Shown here one piece after another: positions 39,676 through 51,106 of a stretch of 64,000 bases of DNA (within the stretch, counting starts at the first letter, position 1; each line of letters opens with the position of its first letter). Source of the DNA: Sedimentisphaerales bacterium (GTDB lineage: Bacteria; Planctomycetota; Phycisphaerae; Sedimentisphaerales; SM23-30). The notes below the pieces were generated by a model that saw nothing but the letters and a program-made list of their open reading frames with translations, was not told the origin of the DNA and searched no databases. The translations under genes were made by a program, and so were the position numbers. Where the stretch lies: the NCBI GenBank assembly GCA_963663805.2, contig CAXXMR010000010.1:1-64000 (forward strand), given 5' to 3'.

Positions 39676-41931
39676 ATGAGCAGACGGAATTGCTATCTCA
39701 AAGTTGTATGTATAGTTCTGGTTTTGGGCAGTTTTGGATATTTGAGCAGTTTCGCTGCGGGTGAAAAAGCTGAGGGGGTTCTGGGTGAGCATGATGTACT
39801 AAAGGCGGCGGCTGAGGCTTTGGCGGTGGGTAACGCGAATCTGGCTGAGGCTCTTTTGAAGCCGGCGGGCAAGCTGGAATATCAGAATGACTATTCGGTT
39901 AAGCTGGCCGGTTTGCTGGGTGCATATGAGGGCCTGGACGAGAAACTCGATAAGAGTCGGCAGGAGGTTTATCAGGAGAATGTGGGTAAACTGGAAGAGA
40001 CCGTCGAGCGGGCCCGGTGGCGGGAGAGTTTGAAAGGGGCTAGTGAGGGGTATACGGAATATGACGGCGCGGCCAAGAAAGAATTTGAATCCAAGGCTGC
40101 CGAGGATTTGGACGGTGACTGGCTGGCTGCTCTGACGCAGTTGAGCATTGTGCATAATCTGGCTAAGCGTTTTGATCTGGACGAGAATGTGGCTGAGGAG
40201 ATTCGCCAGGAGATAACGACCCGTACGCTGGCGATTGCGGAGAAGTTTGAGCAGGACGAGAAATGGCTGGAATCTTACGGTAAGGTTTATGGCCAGTTGG
40301 CGGAGCTGGACCGTGAGAATGAATTTTATGGTGAGCACAATCGGCAGTTGCTGCGGCGGGCCACTCTGGTGGCGAATTATCTGCCGGACCCGAACCATGA
40401 AGGTGTTACCTGGGAAGAACGTCGTGAAGGTGTTTCGGCGGATATTATCTCGGCGGCAGTGCGTCTTCTGGCGGGGAATTATGTGGAGGTTCCGGATTTC
40501 AAGGAAATGCTTTTGCGTGGTCTTAAAAGCTGTCGGCTGATGGCAAAGGTTGATAAGCTGGCCGAGACATTTCCCAATCTGAATGACCCGGAGAAGCGGG
40601 ACTTTTATCTGGAACAGCTTGACCAGGTAATAGAACAGGTTCAGACTGAGCCGGGTGACAAGATTGGTTATTATCAGGTTCTGATAGTCCTCAATCAGGC
40701 AGTACAGATAAATCGGGAGACTCTGGGTTTTCCTGATGAGGTGGTGATGGCGGAGTTTATCGAAGGGGCGGTTACGGCGTTGGATCCTTATACTTATGTG
40801 GTATGGCCCGCGGATGTGGAGAGTTTTCGCAAGGATATGACGCAGGAGTTTTCGGGTATTGGAGTGGTTATCAAGAAAGATCCGAATACGGATGTGTTGC
40901 AGATTGATTCGCTGGTGAGCTATGACGCGGCGGCGTATGAGGCGGGGCTTGACGCGGGCGATTCGATTCTGGCGGTTGACGGAACGAGTACCGAAAAGCT
41001 GACTATTGAGAAATGCGTGCAGATGATAACCGGGCCGAAGGGTACGAATGTGGTGCTGACGGTTGACCGGGAAGGTTTCAAGGAGCCGCGGGATTATACG
41101 GTGGCTCGCAAACGCGTGTCGGTGCCGACGGTGAAGGGGCTTTATCGTGACCGGGCGGGGGACTGGAAATATTTCGTTGACCCGAACGAGGGGATTGGCT
41201 ATCTGCGGATAACTAATTTTGCCGGTGATACCGCCAAGGATTTGAAGCAGGCGGTTGTGGATTTGAAGAAGCAGGGATTAAAGGGATTAGTTATTGATTT
41301 GCGTAATAACAGCGGGGGGTATCTGAGCGCGGCGGTGGATATTGTTGATGCTTTTGTGGATGAAGGGGTGGTAGTGAGTACTCGTTCGCGTGAGCCAATG
41401 ATGGGCCATGTTGATTCGGCGACGCGTCGGGGTACGGTTGATGCGGATTTGCCTTTGGTGGTTCTGGTGAATTCTTCGAGCGCGTCGGCGAGCGAGATTG
41501 TTTCGGGTTCGCTGAAGGACCACAAGCGGGCGTTGCTGGTGGGGACACGCACTTTCGGGAAGGGTAATGTGCAGACGATTCAGCCTTTGGACCCGGCTGA
41601 GATTAAGATGACAATCGCTTATTATTATCTGCCCAGCGGGCGGCGGGTGCATCGTGACCCGGATGACCGTACTGTGGAAGATTACGGGGTTGAGCCGGAC
41701 ATAACGGTGGAGCTGCCGGGCAAGATTCTTACGGAGATGTATAAGACTCAGCGGGACGCGGGGATTCTGCATCGTCAGGATTTGCCGTTGGATAAGCAGA
41801 ACTGGAAGATTTTTACAGCTAAGGAGCTGCTGGATAGTGACCCGCAGTTGGAATACGCGGTGATGTGTCTGAAGGGCAGTATTCTGGCTCGGGCACCGAT
41901 TGCGCCGGAGCCAGCGGTGGCGAATAAATAA
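39676..41931 (+). CDS. S41 C-terminal processing peptidase with PDZ domain
   Basis: LDPYT, FSGIGV, IDLRNNSGG, SASASEIVSG, GTRTFGKG, GVEPDI. Confidence 0.93.
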   Translation: MSRRNCYLKVVCIVLVLGSFGYLSSFAAGEKAEGVLGEHDVLKAAAEALAVGNANLAEALLKPAGKLEYQNDYSVKLAGLLGAYEGLDEKLDKSRQEVYQENVGKLEETVERARWRESLKGASEGYTEYDGAAKKEFESKAAEDLDGDWLAALTQLSIVHNLAKRFDLDENVAEEIRQEITTRTLAIAEKFEQDEKWLESYGKVYGQLAELDRENEFYGEHNRQLLRRATLVANYLPDPNHEGVTWEERREGVSADIISAAVRLLAGNYVEVPDFKEMLLRGLKSCRLMAKVDKLAETFPNLNDPEKRDFYLEQLDQVIEQVQTEPGDKIGYYQVLIVLNQAVQINRETLGFPDEVVMAEFIEGAVTALDPYTYVVWPADVESFRKDMTQEFSGIGVVIKKDPNTDVLQIDSLVSYDAAAYEAGLDAGDSILAVDGTSTEKLTIEKCVQMITGPKGTNVVLTVDREGFKEPRDYTVARKRVSVPTVKGLYRDRAGDWKYFVDPNEGIGYLRITNFAGDTAKDLKQAVVDLKKQGLKGLVIDLRNNSGGYLSAAVDIVDAFVDEGVVVSTRSREPMMGHVDSATRRGTVDADLPLVVLVNSSSASASEIVSGSLKDHKRALLVGTRTFGKGNVQTIQPLDPAEIKMTIAYYYLPSGRRVHRDPDDRTVEDYGVEPDITVELPGKILTEMYKTQRDAGILHRQDLPLDKQNWKIFTAKELLDSDPQLEYAVMCLKGSILARAPIAPEPAVANK

Positions 41932-42023
41932 TTGTCAGATTAATGGCCCTAAGCCAGATAAACTGGAAATTCTAAACACAAAATTCAAAACAACATAAAC
42001 AACAAAAATATTTAACCGCGGAT

Positions 42024-42770
42024 ATGCCCTCGAAAGAAGTTCGGCAGTGGCGGGAGTTGATTTTGCATCGCAAGAAGACGGTTGACAAGGTGGTGCTTCT
42101 GAAGAATCGGATTCGGGCGACTTTGGAGGCGCGCGGTTATCGTCGGGCGGAGTTCAAGGGCAGTTGGTGGAGCGGGGCTAATCGTTTGTGGATGTCCGGC
42201 TTTTGCGGGCGTTTTATGAGCGGATAAAGAAGAATGGGCATGAATCTCGCAAAAACGTCGCTATTGTGGCTCTGGGGCGTAAATTGTTGTGTATAATGCG
42301 AGCGATGCTGATTAATGGCGAGATGTTTAATGAGACTTTGGTGAAAAAAATTCTGGAGGAAGCGGCTTAGCGATATGGTTTTAGGTCTGGCGGGATAACC
42401 AAAGGATCTCGGTCTGCGTAATGTGAGTCGGCTTTTTGTCGGGATCACGCCGTGGAGAATGGGAGCTTTGGGCCGTATAAAGTTTGATGTGGCCGCTTTT
42501 GGGTGAGCACGAATAGGAGTTTGGGCCGTTGTGACCCGTTTGCTCCCGTCGGCCTGCTGTTTGGTGACAGATGACCGGCCCACCACCTCGCGGTTTTGGT
42601 TGGGGGACGGTGAAACCGCGGCTCGGGCTTCCGGCTCGCCGGTTTCCCCCCGGCTGACGCCGCCATGATGGCCCGGCGACTGCTAACGCCGCTGGTATGC
42701 GAGAAGTTTATGCGAAAAAAAGATGAAAAAATGTGATATAACGGTTGACCACGGCTCCGGTTCATAGGAT
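42024..42770 (+). mobile_element. Internally deleted IS110-family (IS1111-like) remnant with long 3' non-coding end
   Basis: Fragments RELILHRKKTV...KNRIRATL and LRAFYERIK...KNVAIVALGRKLLCIMRAML; ~400 bp structured non-coding tail ending TTGACC...TTCATAGG. Confidence 0.7.
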
Positions 42771-43078
42771 TACGCGGGTTTCGCGTATTTTAACGGCACC
42801 GCTTACTTACGTGCGCGGCTCTGGTAAATTGTGGCCATTTTGCGTAAGATTTCATTTGCAAGAGACTAAAAATAACCCACAGAATACCCTGTAATACAGT
42901 CTAATTCGCTGGCATTCACAAAACGCCAAATATTACTCTGTAGGAATTACGATATGATAGTTTTTGCAACTTTATAACGTGTCGACAGTTGACAGAACCT
43001 TGGCTTAATGGTCCGCAATCGGCGGTTGTTTCAACTGGCAAGGTAAAATCCTTAAAAACACATATCTTTTAGGCGATA

Positions 43079-43119
43079 CAAAAATGGGGCGAGGTCTCCT
43101 TTTAGGGAGGCCCCGCCCA
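43079..43119 (-). terminator. Intrinsic terminator of leftward glycan operon
   Basis: GC-rich hairpin GGGCGAGGTCTCC...GGAGGCCCCGCCC with T run on minus strand, 30 bp after stop at 43151. Confidence 0.6.
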
Positions 43120-43150
43120 CTGGTAATGGTGCATCCAACGTTAAGGGTGA

Positions 43151-44816
43151 TCAGGGATTCTGGCAGGCAGTGTCCTGAGGATTGCTGCAATCAAGCCAGG
43201 CCGCGGCTATTTCCGCAAAATCAATCAGGTTGACATAGCAGTCGTGGTTGAGGTCCTGGTCATAATAGCCCCAGGCCCCACACTCATTGTCGGCAATACT
43301 GACCGTTACGTTATCGGCTTCGAAGGCATCGTAGCTGAGATCGGCACTGGTTACTGTCGCAACAATCTGGGTCTGGGTGCTGATATTCCAAGCTACTATC
43401 GTCGATCGCGGTGACGGTGACAGTCTGTGGTTGGTCGAAATCACTGGAAGTGAATGTCAAGAGAACCGGACTTATCTGCACCTGGTCCGGGTTGGCAGCG
43501 TCACTGAGTTCGATAAAGACATTCTGGGTGGGAGCGCCAACCAAGGTAACTGTGTAGGTATCGGAAGTTGGTCCCTGTTCGTTGACCGCGACTCCGTCAC
43601 CAATGTTCATAATGATACCGGCAGAGTCATTGTCAATGATTGTTACATAAACCGGAGCGATAAATCCGCCGTTAAGATTTGTGTCGGCACTGGCGACACT
43701 GAAGGAAATCTTATTGACTTCTTCGGGTTCTGCCAGAGTGTCATCATCAGCCGTAACTGTTACCGTTTGCGGCTGGTCCCAGTTTGTGCTATTGAACGTC
43801 AGATCTATACTCAGACCCGGGCCAGCTGCACCGGCAAGAACGATGTCATTCGGTTCGGGGTTGAACCGTTACGGTTACTGCAGAAGTCGGAGCCGTTGCC
43901 AGCACAACATCGAAAGTATCAGAAGTAGCGTTCTTTTCGCGAACCAGAGTCGAGCCGTCAGTTTCAATACTGTAGCCCGCGGTTGCCTTGTATTCCGTGG
44001 TGAGGCTATATTTCTGTTCGAGATAATAGCCAACTTCGTTGAGCTCGGCTTCGGAAAGTACTTTGTTGAATATCAGAACTTCAGACACATACCCATCCAA
44101 CGGGCTATGGAAGTTGCCGACAAGCTGGCGACTCATGATGCCCACTGAAATACGATCAAACGAAGCGCTGCGGGCCGGAGCGGGGATGTCACCAAATACG
44201 CCATTCACGTTAGGGACGTGTACGCCGAGATCAGGGTAAATACCGTTGTCAAAGGTGCCGGCAGGCAATAAAGGCCTGGCCTCCATAACTGTGATCGATA
44301 GTCGAGTTTGTATTACTTCCGTCACCAGATTTGCCGGTGCGGCTTGAAGTTTGCAGAGTTGTTGGGCCATAACTGTACAGGGTACTCTGGTGATAACCGT
44401 TATCGCTGCGGTTGAAGGATACTATGGCACCGGTAGTGCCTACCGGAACATCAATGGAGTTTACGACCGCGATCATGGTCAAGGGGCCATCAAGAGCGAT
44501 TACTCCGGTGTCATGTATCAGCCATTGTTTAGCGCTAATGTTGAATTCGACCGCTGGGCATACCGTTGATAGCACTTGAAGCGTAAGTTGGCACATTGGT
44601 TGAATCGCCCAGGTATCCACCGGTGAAGTTTATAGCATTGTCAGAAGAGTCTGGCCATATAGTAACCGGGTCTCCGTTTGACATGCCTGTTAAAGCGTCG
44701 GCCTTGAGCCAGCACACCAGGTCATCTGACATGGGGTTTGGCTGTCCGCCTGACATAATCTGTCCCAAGCTAATATTGCATGTGATTAGCAGTAATAATA
44801 CAACTTTGAGTTTCAT
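43151..44816 (-). CDS. Secreted LamG-like + Ig/Calx-beta-like + dockerin-like protein; several frameshifts
   Basis: AAGGAG RBS; WLKAD...LDGYVSEVLIFNKVLS domain across ORFs 44535-44846, 44249-44620, 43846-44370; PQTVTVTA.DD repeats; DLNHDCYVNLIDFAEIAAAWL. Confidence 0.7.
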
Positions 44817-44873
44817 CTTTTTACTCCTTATAAGATTTTGGAACATTCAACATCGTGAACTACACGAAAACTT

Positions 44874-45777
44874 TTATTTGACCATTTTTCTCCGGCGCAG
44901 TACCAGGCTTCCCAGTGCTAGCATTGTCAGTGAAATCGGCTCCGGTACGAAAGTCATACCATATTTATCGCCCAGATAAGTACCTACGGCATAGAGTTCG
45001 CTTGTACTCAGCACTCGGTTATAAACCAGTACTTCAGAAATTTCACCGTCCAGAAAACTGTGAAAGTTGCTTTCGGCCTGGCGAGTCATGGCCCCAATAC
45101 TGATACGATCGTAACTTGCACTTCGGGCGGCTGCGGGCGCATCAGTGATGGGCACCGTTTACGCCGGCTGCGTGTACACCGAAATCAGGACTAACGCCGT
45201 TGTCAAACTGTCCCGTTGCGATAACGGCGGTTGTAGTATAGGAGACGGATGAATTGGTATTGCTGCCGTCGCCGGATTTGCTGGTGCGGCTTGAAGTTTG
45301 AATGATATTATTCGGGCCACTGTAAAGCGAGCTTTGATGATAGCCATTGTCGCTGCGGTTGAAAGATACTAATGTTCCTATTGCCGAATTGTCGATATTT
45401 TCTGCCACAATAATCATTGTCAAAGGACCGTCAGCCTGAATCACTGAGTTTTGTATAGCTATCCACTGCTTAGCGGCACTGTCGAAATTTACTGCCGGCA
45501 GACCGTTCAGTCCGCTGCTGATGTAAGTTGGGCTATGGGCCGTGGTGTCCGCCGCGACAAGACCGCCGGTGAAAGTCAGTTCGTTAGCCGAGGAATCCGC
45601 CCAACTGGTTACCGAATCACCATTATCTAAACCGGCTATTTCATCGGCCTTGAGCCAGAACATCAGATTCTCGTTGGCCGCGTCAGGTTCCGCTCCGGTC
45701 ATTACCGCCCAGATGGGGTTAGCCATCAGCAACCACGAAAAAACCACACTGATTTTGCACAACATTCTCTTGTCCAT
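44874..45777 (-). CDS. PEP-CTERM protein with LamG-like domain; +1 frameshift at 45150-45152
   Basis: Signal peptide; C-terminal VPEP + TM + RRRK; extra G shown by comparison with the near-identical copy at 51210-51871. Confidence 0.85.
45006..45668 (-). repeat. Inverted repeat copy A (663 bp; partner 51210-51871)
   Basis: Reverse complement matches 51210-51871 except one substitution and one extra G that I could see. Confidence 0.92.
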
Positions 45778-45837
45778 TACATTTTCCTTTCCTTTTCTCA
45801 ACAAATCTGAATTTCCTCAGCTTCTCACAAGCTGACA

Positions 45838-46608
45838 CTATTCGTAGCGATAAACCTTTTCGCCCGGTGAAAACTCATCCAGGACCTTATCGAATATGGC
45901 ATAGTCATTGGATGCGAACGCGATATAATTATCGTTGATCAAGTCTTCAATCTCGTAATCACTTACAAATTCGACATGACCGTCGCCATAAAGAGTGTTC
46001 CATCCCGGTCCGTCGTGGGCAAAAACGTTTTTGGTTGTGTCTTTTTCCAGCAGGTCCGTGCATAGCAGGATGCCAGCCCCAAACTCTTCTATTTTATTAT
46101 GCCTTCGAACACGATTGTTAGTAGCTTTGCAGACCGGATTGTAATAATAGGACATTCTTACTCGGCCATATTCGTCGGGGGTTGGAAATTGTGGTTTGGC
46201 ATAATCCTCGTACTTGAAAGGTGCCGCCTTTGATGGGCAATAAAAAATATGTCCATCTTCGAGATATTTATCACGATACAGAAAACCGGTGTTCCACCAG
46301 GGCGCCCATTTATCAACGCCGATGTCAAATCTCTGGATCATGCGTGCCCACATATTGGTGCGTTGCGTGCCTGTGCCGTTCACGCCGAAATCAGTAGAAT
46401 TATTCATCGGAGGCACTTTCGATTGATTATCCTCGGCATAAAGCATAGTGCCCATCCCGATGCTGTGAAGATTGGTCGCGCATACTGCCTGCCATGCTTG
46501 TTTCCGGGCTTTGCCGATTGCTGGCAGGAGGATTGAAACCAGCAAAGCGATAATCGCTATTACAACCAAAAGTTCCACCAGGGTAAATGCCTTTTTGTCT
46601 TTATCCAT
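45838..46608 (-). CDS. Prepilin-type N-terminal cleavage/methylation protein with H-X9-DG-like motif
   Basis: [45 protein letters not shown]. Confidence 0.9.
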   Translation of the reverse strand: MDKDKKAFTLVELLVVIAIIALLVSILLPAIGKARKQAWQAVCATNLHSIGMGTMLYAEDNQSKVPPMNNSTDFGVNGTGTQRTNMWARMIQRFDIGVDKWAPWWNTGFLYRDKYLEDGHIFYCPSKAAPFKYEDYAKPQFPTPDEYGRVRMSYYYNPVCKATNNRVRRHNKIEEFGAGILLCTDLLEKDTTKNVFAHDGPGWNTLYGDGHVEFVSDYEIEDLINDNYIAFASNDYAIFDKVLDEFSPGEKVYRYE

Positions 46609-46618
46609 GTTTTACCTG

Positions 46619-47785
46619 CTAAAAAGAAATAAGGGTTTCGTTTGCGTCGAACTCAATAGGTACATAAATTGTTTCGTTGCTGTCTATGGGACGTTTCTGC
46701 TCAATAATCTCATCCAGTACCTGAGCGGCAAGTTGGCCGATACTGTTAGGGTCACCCCATATTGAGGCGAATGAATTGGAAATCACACAATCATGGTAAA
46801 TTTTACCGTAACGCAGAATAGATAAATCATCCGGTACGCGTAAGCCGAGTTTCTGGGCGATAAGATAAATGAGGATTTCGGCGCTGCTGTCGAAACAATA
46901 TATCGCGGTAGGGCGGTCTGTTTTTTTCAGCATCTTTTCGATAGCCGCTGTTTTTTCTTCCAGCAATTGTTTTTCATGGCCGTAAGTATCGGTTGCCTGA
47001 CTGTAATAAACATTCTCTTTATTCAGTTCCAAGCCACGTTTTTGCAGGCTTTTGCGAAGTCCTTTCTCCATATTTAGTGAAGATGTATATGGATAGGCGG
47101 CAATATAAGCGATGTTTCGGTGCCCCCTCTGGGCCAATGCTTCGCCTGCCACTACGCCGACCTGTTCGGAATCAAAGGTTACCAGCGGAGCCGAACATCC
47201 TTTCACGGTACGATGGCAGAAAACCACGGGGATATTGTTTTTTTGCAACACACGAATATGCGATCCGGGAGTTTCTCTTTCAACCGGGGCGATGAAAATA
47301 ACCCCTTCGAAGCCTCTGTCGAGAATCTCGATAATCAGATTGCCCTGCTTGTCGATATCTGCTTCAGTATTGAATACCAGCAGATGCTGACTGTTGTTGT
47401 TTTTTCGCAGTTCGGTACTGATACCATCTACAATTGCCGCGTCGCGAGGTCGCCAGATACTGGGAATTACCAGGGCAATATCCTGAGCTGTCGAATCCAG
47501 TGTCATATTATTTTCATTCCTGATAACATTTTTGGGCAAAGTTGTATCCGCTACAAATGAACCGCGTTGGGTTGTTTTTATTAGCTTGTTTTGCCGCAGA
47601 ACCTCCAAGGCTTCTTTGACCGTGTGGTTTCCCACATTAAGGACCTTGGTCATTTCCCGGACAGAAGGCAGCTTTTCCCCGCGGGGCAGTTCACGGGATT
47701 GAATTTTTTCGCCCAGATAGTTGGCTATCTGAGAGCCAACAGAATCAGAACCATTGCGATCGATGACTAATCTATCCAGCATCAT
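46619..47785 (-). CDS. GntR-type wHTH + LacI-type sugar-binding transcriptional regulator (AraR-like architecture)
   Basis: GEKLPSVREM...TVKEAL...RGSFV; GHRNIAY, RPTAIYC, LRVPDDLSI. Confidence 0.9.
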   Translation of the reverse strand: MMLDRLVIDRNGSDSVGSQIANYLGEKIQSRELPRGEKLPSVREMTKVLNVGNHTVKEALEVLRQNKLIKTTQRGSFVADTTLPKNVIRNENNMTLDSTAQDIALVIPSIWRPRDAAIVDGISTELRKNNNSQHLLVFNTEADIDKQGNLIIEILDRGFEGVIFIAPVERETPGSHIRVLQKNNIPVVFCHRTVKGCSAPLVTFDSEQVGVVAGEALAQRGHRNIAYIAAYPYTSSLNMEKGLRKSLQKRGLELNKENVYYSQATDTYGHEKQLLEEKTAAIEKMLKKTDRPTAIYCFDSSAEILIYLIAQKLGLRVPDDLSILRYGKIYHDCVISNSFASIWGDPNSIGQLAAQVLDEIIEQKRPIDSNETIYVPIEFDANETLISF

Positions 47786-47814
47786 TTCACCTTTGCATTA
47801 ACAATAATAAGTCG

Positions 47815-47859
47815 AGCACCATTGAGCATCATCATAGCAACATGCAGCAACACGGTCAA
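47815..47859 (-). promoter_or_regulatory. Promoter of regulator-prepilin operon overlapped by G(T/A)TGCT direct repeats
   Basis: TTGACC-N17-TATGAT with extended TG. Confidence 0.65.
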
Positions 47860-48098
47860 GATATTTTTTTTATGGCAGGGAATAGCCAACGACTTTATTT
47901 GCATATAAATACTTTTTTTAAAAGAATTTATATTAAAATAAGATTTTTTATGGAAAATCGATAAAAATTATTTAGTAGAGGTAAGACAATCGCAAGGGCA
48001 AACGGCGATGTTTGCTGTAATGTGTTATTAGTAAAGGTTTTGTGTGTTTAATGGGTTAAAAACAGAGGTTTTGTGTTGCTTATTGGCAAAAATAAACC

Positions 48099-48133
48099 TT
48101 GAAACCGTTGCTTTGTGATGCTATATTGATGCT
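48099..48133 (+). promoter_or_regulatory. Promoter of GH115 operon overlapped by G(T/A)TGCT direct repeats
   Basis: TTGAAA-N17-TATATT with extended TG. Confidence 0.65.
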
Positions 48134-48204
48134 GTGGATTTTTAAGGCGGCAAAATACCCCGCCTAATTAGTTAATCAACTGTGAAATTAAAAGACGCAG
48201 GAAT

Positions 48205-51096
48205 ATGAAATTGAACGGCAAGCCGAACATCTCTAAGCATAACATTAATGGTGGTAGCAGACTTGAAAATGTTAATCATTCTCGTATTTGTGTCGCTAAA
48301 GAGACTTTTGCGGTTTCTGGCGGTGATTTTCTGGTTCAGTTGGGTTTGTCCATCCAATCTGAAAAACCCTTACATACTGCCATGACTCATTTTTTGAGGG
48401 ATATTGAACAAATCACTGGAGGGCGGGCCCAGGTCATTCATAGTGCCGACCAGGTTACTCAGAGTGTTGTCTGGGCAGGTGTGATTGGTTGCTGTCCGGT
48501 GCTTGATGATTTGATTTCTCGAAAGAAAGTTGATGTTACTGGCCTGGCAGGGCAGTGGGAAAGTTTCGTTATTCAAAAAATAGAAAACCCGTGGGAGCAA
48601 ATTGATTCAGCTTTACTAATAATAGGCAGTGATGTTCGTGGAGCGGTTTACGGCCTGTTTGAATTGTCTGAAAAAATGGGGGTCTCTCCGTGGTATTTTT
48701 GGGCGGATGTGCCGCCGGTTCGTCGAAAAAAAATAACTATTAGTGATTGCAATATGCGTCAGGGTCCCCCCTCGGTTAAATATAGGGGGATTTTCATTAA
48801 TGATGTAATCCTGGGGGACTAACTCCCTGGGCGTCTTACACTTTCGCTCCGGAAGATTCTCGGCAAGGCAGCGGACTGGGCCCAAAAACTTATGCGAGAA
48901 TATACGAGCTTATGCTGCGCCCTCAAGGGGAATTTTGTTTGTCCGGGTATGCATGTAGCGACTCGCCCGTTTAACTTTTATGAGGAAAACAAGCAAGTCG
49001 CCTCTGATTACGGCATTATTATTGGCACTTCTCATTGTGAGCCCATGCTACGTTAATAATGAAGGGGAATGGCGAAAGCAGAACAACAGGGCCTTTGGCA
49101 GTATCATGTCAATCGTGATGAAATCTATGATTATTGTGGAGCGACGAATCAAAACTAATCATCCCTTTGAAAATATTTATACGAATGGGTATGCGTGGCG
49201 TTCATGACAGTCCTATGGAGGCCTATGACGATCCCCGCCGAGAATAGAGCTTTGCTGGAAAAGTTATGGTGACCAGCAGGAAATTCTCCGGCACCAGGTA
49301 ATTCAGATTGGATAAGGTTCCTCAGGCCCTATATTTGTATAAAGAAATGCTGAATGTATATCAAGACGGCTTGAAGGTTCCGATGATGTAATGCATGTCT
49401 GGCCGGATGATAATTACGGTTATATTCGCGAACTGCCCGGGCCAACTGAACAAAACGCCGGGCCGGAAATGGTGTTTATTATCACATCTTCATATTATGG
49501 CCTACCGCAGGGATATTTATGGCTGTGTTCAACGCCTTTGAGTCTGATTGCTGCCGAGATGACTCAAGGCCCTGAATGTCAGGCTGATAAGCTGTGGGTA
49601 GTCAATGTTGGTAATTTTAAAAATCACGAACTGGCTTTGGAATTTTTTATTAAACTAGGCTGGGATGCCGAAAAATGGAACACTGAAACTGTCGCTGATT
49701 TTTATGAGTATGGGCTCGTCGCGACTTCGGTGAATAAATTCGCCGCACAGATAGCTAAGATCAAGAAAGAGTATTTCGCCTGAACTTCATTTGCAAGCTG
49801 AGCATATGGAGAGTAGGAGTCTTCAGTAATATAGACGATGAAGTCGATCGCCGTATGGAAGTTTATGCCGATCTTGTTCGCGAGGCAGAATCTGTGTATG
49901 AGGACATGAGCGAATCTTGTCAGGCTGCATTTTATCAACTAGTCCTTTATCCTTTGCGTTGTTCTTTATATATGAATGAGAAATTTTTGTACGCTCAGAA
50001 AAATCATCTTTACGCTCATCAGAAACGGCAGAATACCGAATTTTACGCTCAAAAAGCCATTGAATCCTGGAATAAAATTAAAGCGGAGACGGAATATTAC
50101 AACAATCAGCTTTCAGGTGGTAAATGGCACCGGATCGTGACGCATACCCCGCATGGCACAACAGACTGGACCCGCAGTTATGATCTGCCCACCTTGAAGA
50201 CTTGTCCTCCGCCGGAAAGTTCCGCGGCTGGTATTGTGATAAATAATGTAATGGTGTCTGAGGATGAAGAGAATCGGCATTTAGTCCTGGATTTTTCAAA
50301 ATTTACCCAGCGAAGCCATGCCATTGAGATATTTAACCGCAGCAATGAGCCGATAGACTATGAATTAACCATTGCTGATAACTGGATAAAGGCCGACAAA
50401 ACACAAGGCCGGGTTATTTGTCAAAATCGTATAAGCCTGGAAATTGACTGGCCCAATGCCCCTCAAGGCAACGCGGTTATTTCATCTGTCAAGATTAACG
50501 CCGCCGATATTGACGCCGAAGTGCGAATTCAAGTACTCAATCCCGCAAATCCTACTCTGAATGAAGTGGCGGGTTGTTTTATGGAAGATAATGGTTATGT
50601 TTCCATCAACGCCGCGAGTTTTGAACAGTCTGAATATCCAGTCGCTAATCTAAAAGTTGTCGAAGGATTAGGCCGTACCGGTCGCGCGGTCTGGTATGTG
50701 CCGCAGGAAATACCTCCGGAGCAGAATAACACTGCGGCACCGGTTTTGAATTATGACATATTTGTTTTCCATACCGGTCCTGTGCGTATTCTGGTCGATG
50801 CCCTGCCTACCCATCGTTTAGCCAAGGGGCGGCAAATGCGTTATTCTGTAAGTCTGGATGGCCAGAAGCCTGCTGTTGTCAATATCGACACAGAGGAATA
50901 CTCTGAGCAATGGTCGCAGGATGTTTTGCGAGGCGTTTCACGCCGCGAGACTGAGCATTTTATCTCAAATCCAGGCCGGCATAAATTAAGCGTGCGTTTT
51001 CTGGACGCGGGACTGGCTATTGATAAAATAATGATTGATATGGGTGGATTGAAAGAGTCTTATCTGGGGCCGGATGAAACACGGGTAAAGTTGTGA
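48205..51096 (+). CDS. Glycoside hydrolase family 115 (alpha-glucuronidase-like); many frameshifts at 48.8-49.8 kb (artefact or pseudogene)
   Basis: GSDVRGAVYG...GVSPWYFWADVP...PSVKYRGIFIND; GTSHCEPM; WPDDNYGYIR; WVVNVG; AFYQLVLYP; SYLGPDET. Confidence 0.8.
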
Positions 51097-51106
51097 GGAA
51101 TAGCGT

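Noticed and set aside
46543..46556. 14-nt match of spacer 2 to the prepilin gene (possible self-targeting)
   Set aside because: Only 14 of 31 nt, and same sense as the mRNA, so not an RNA target; compatible with chance
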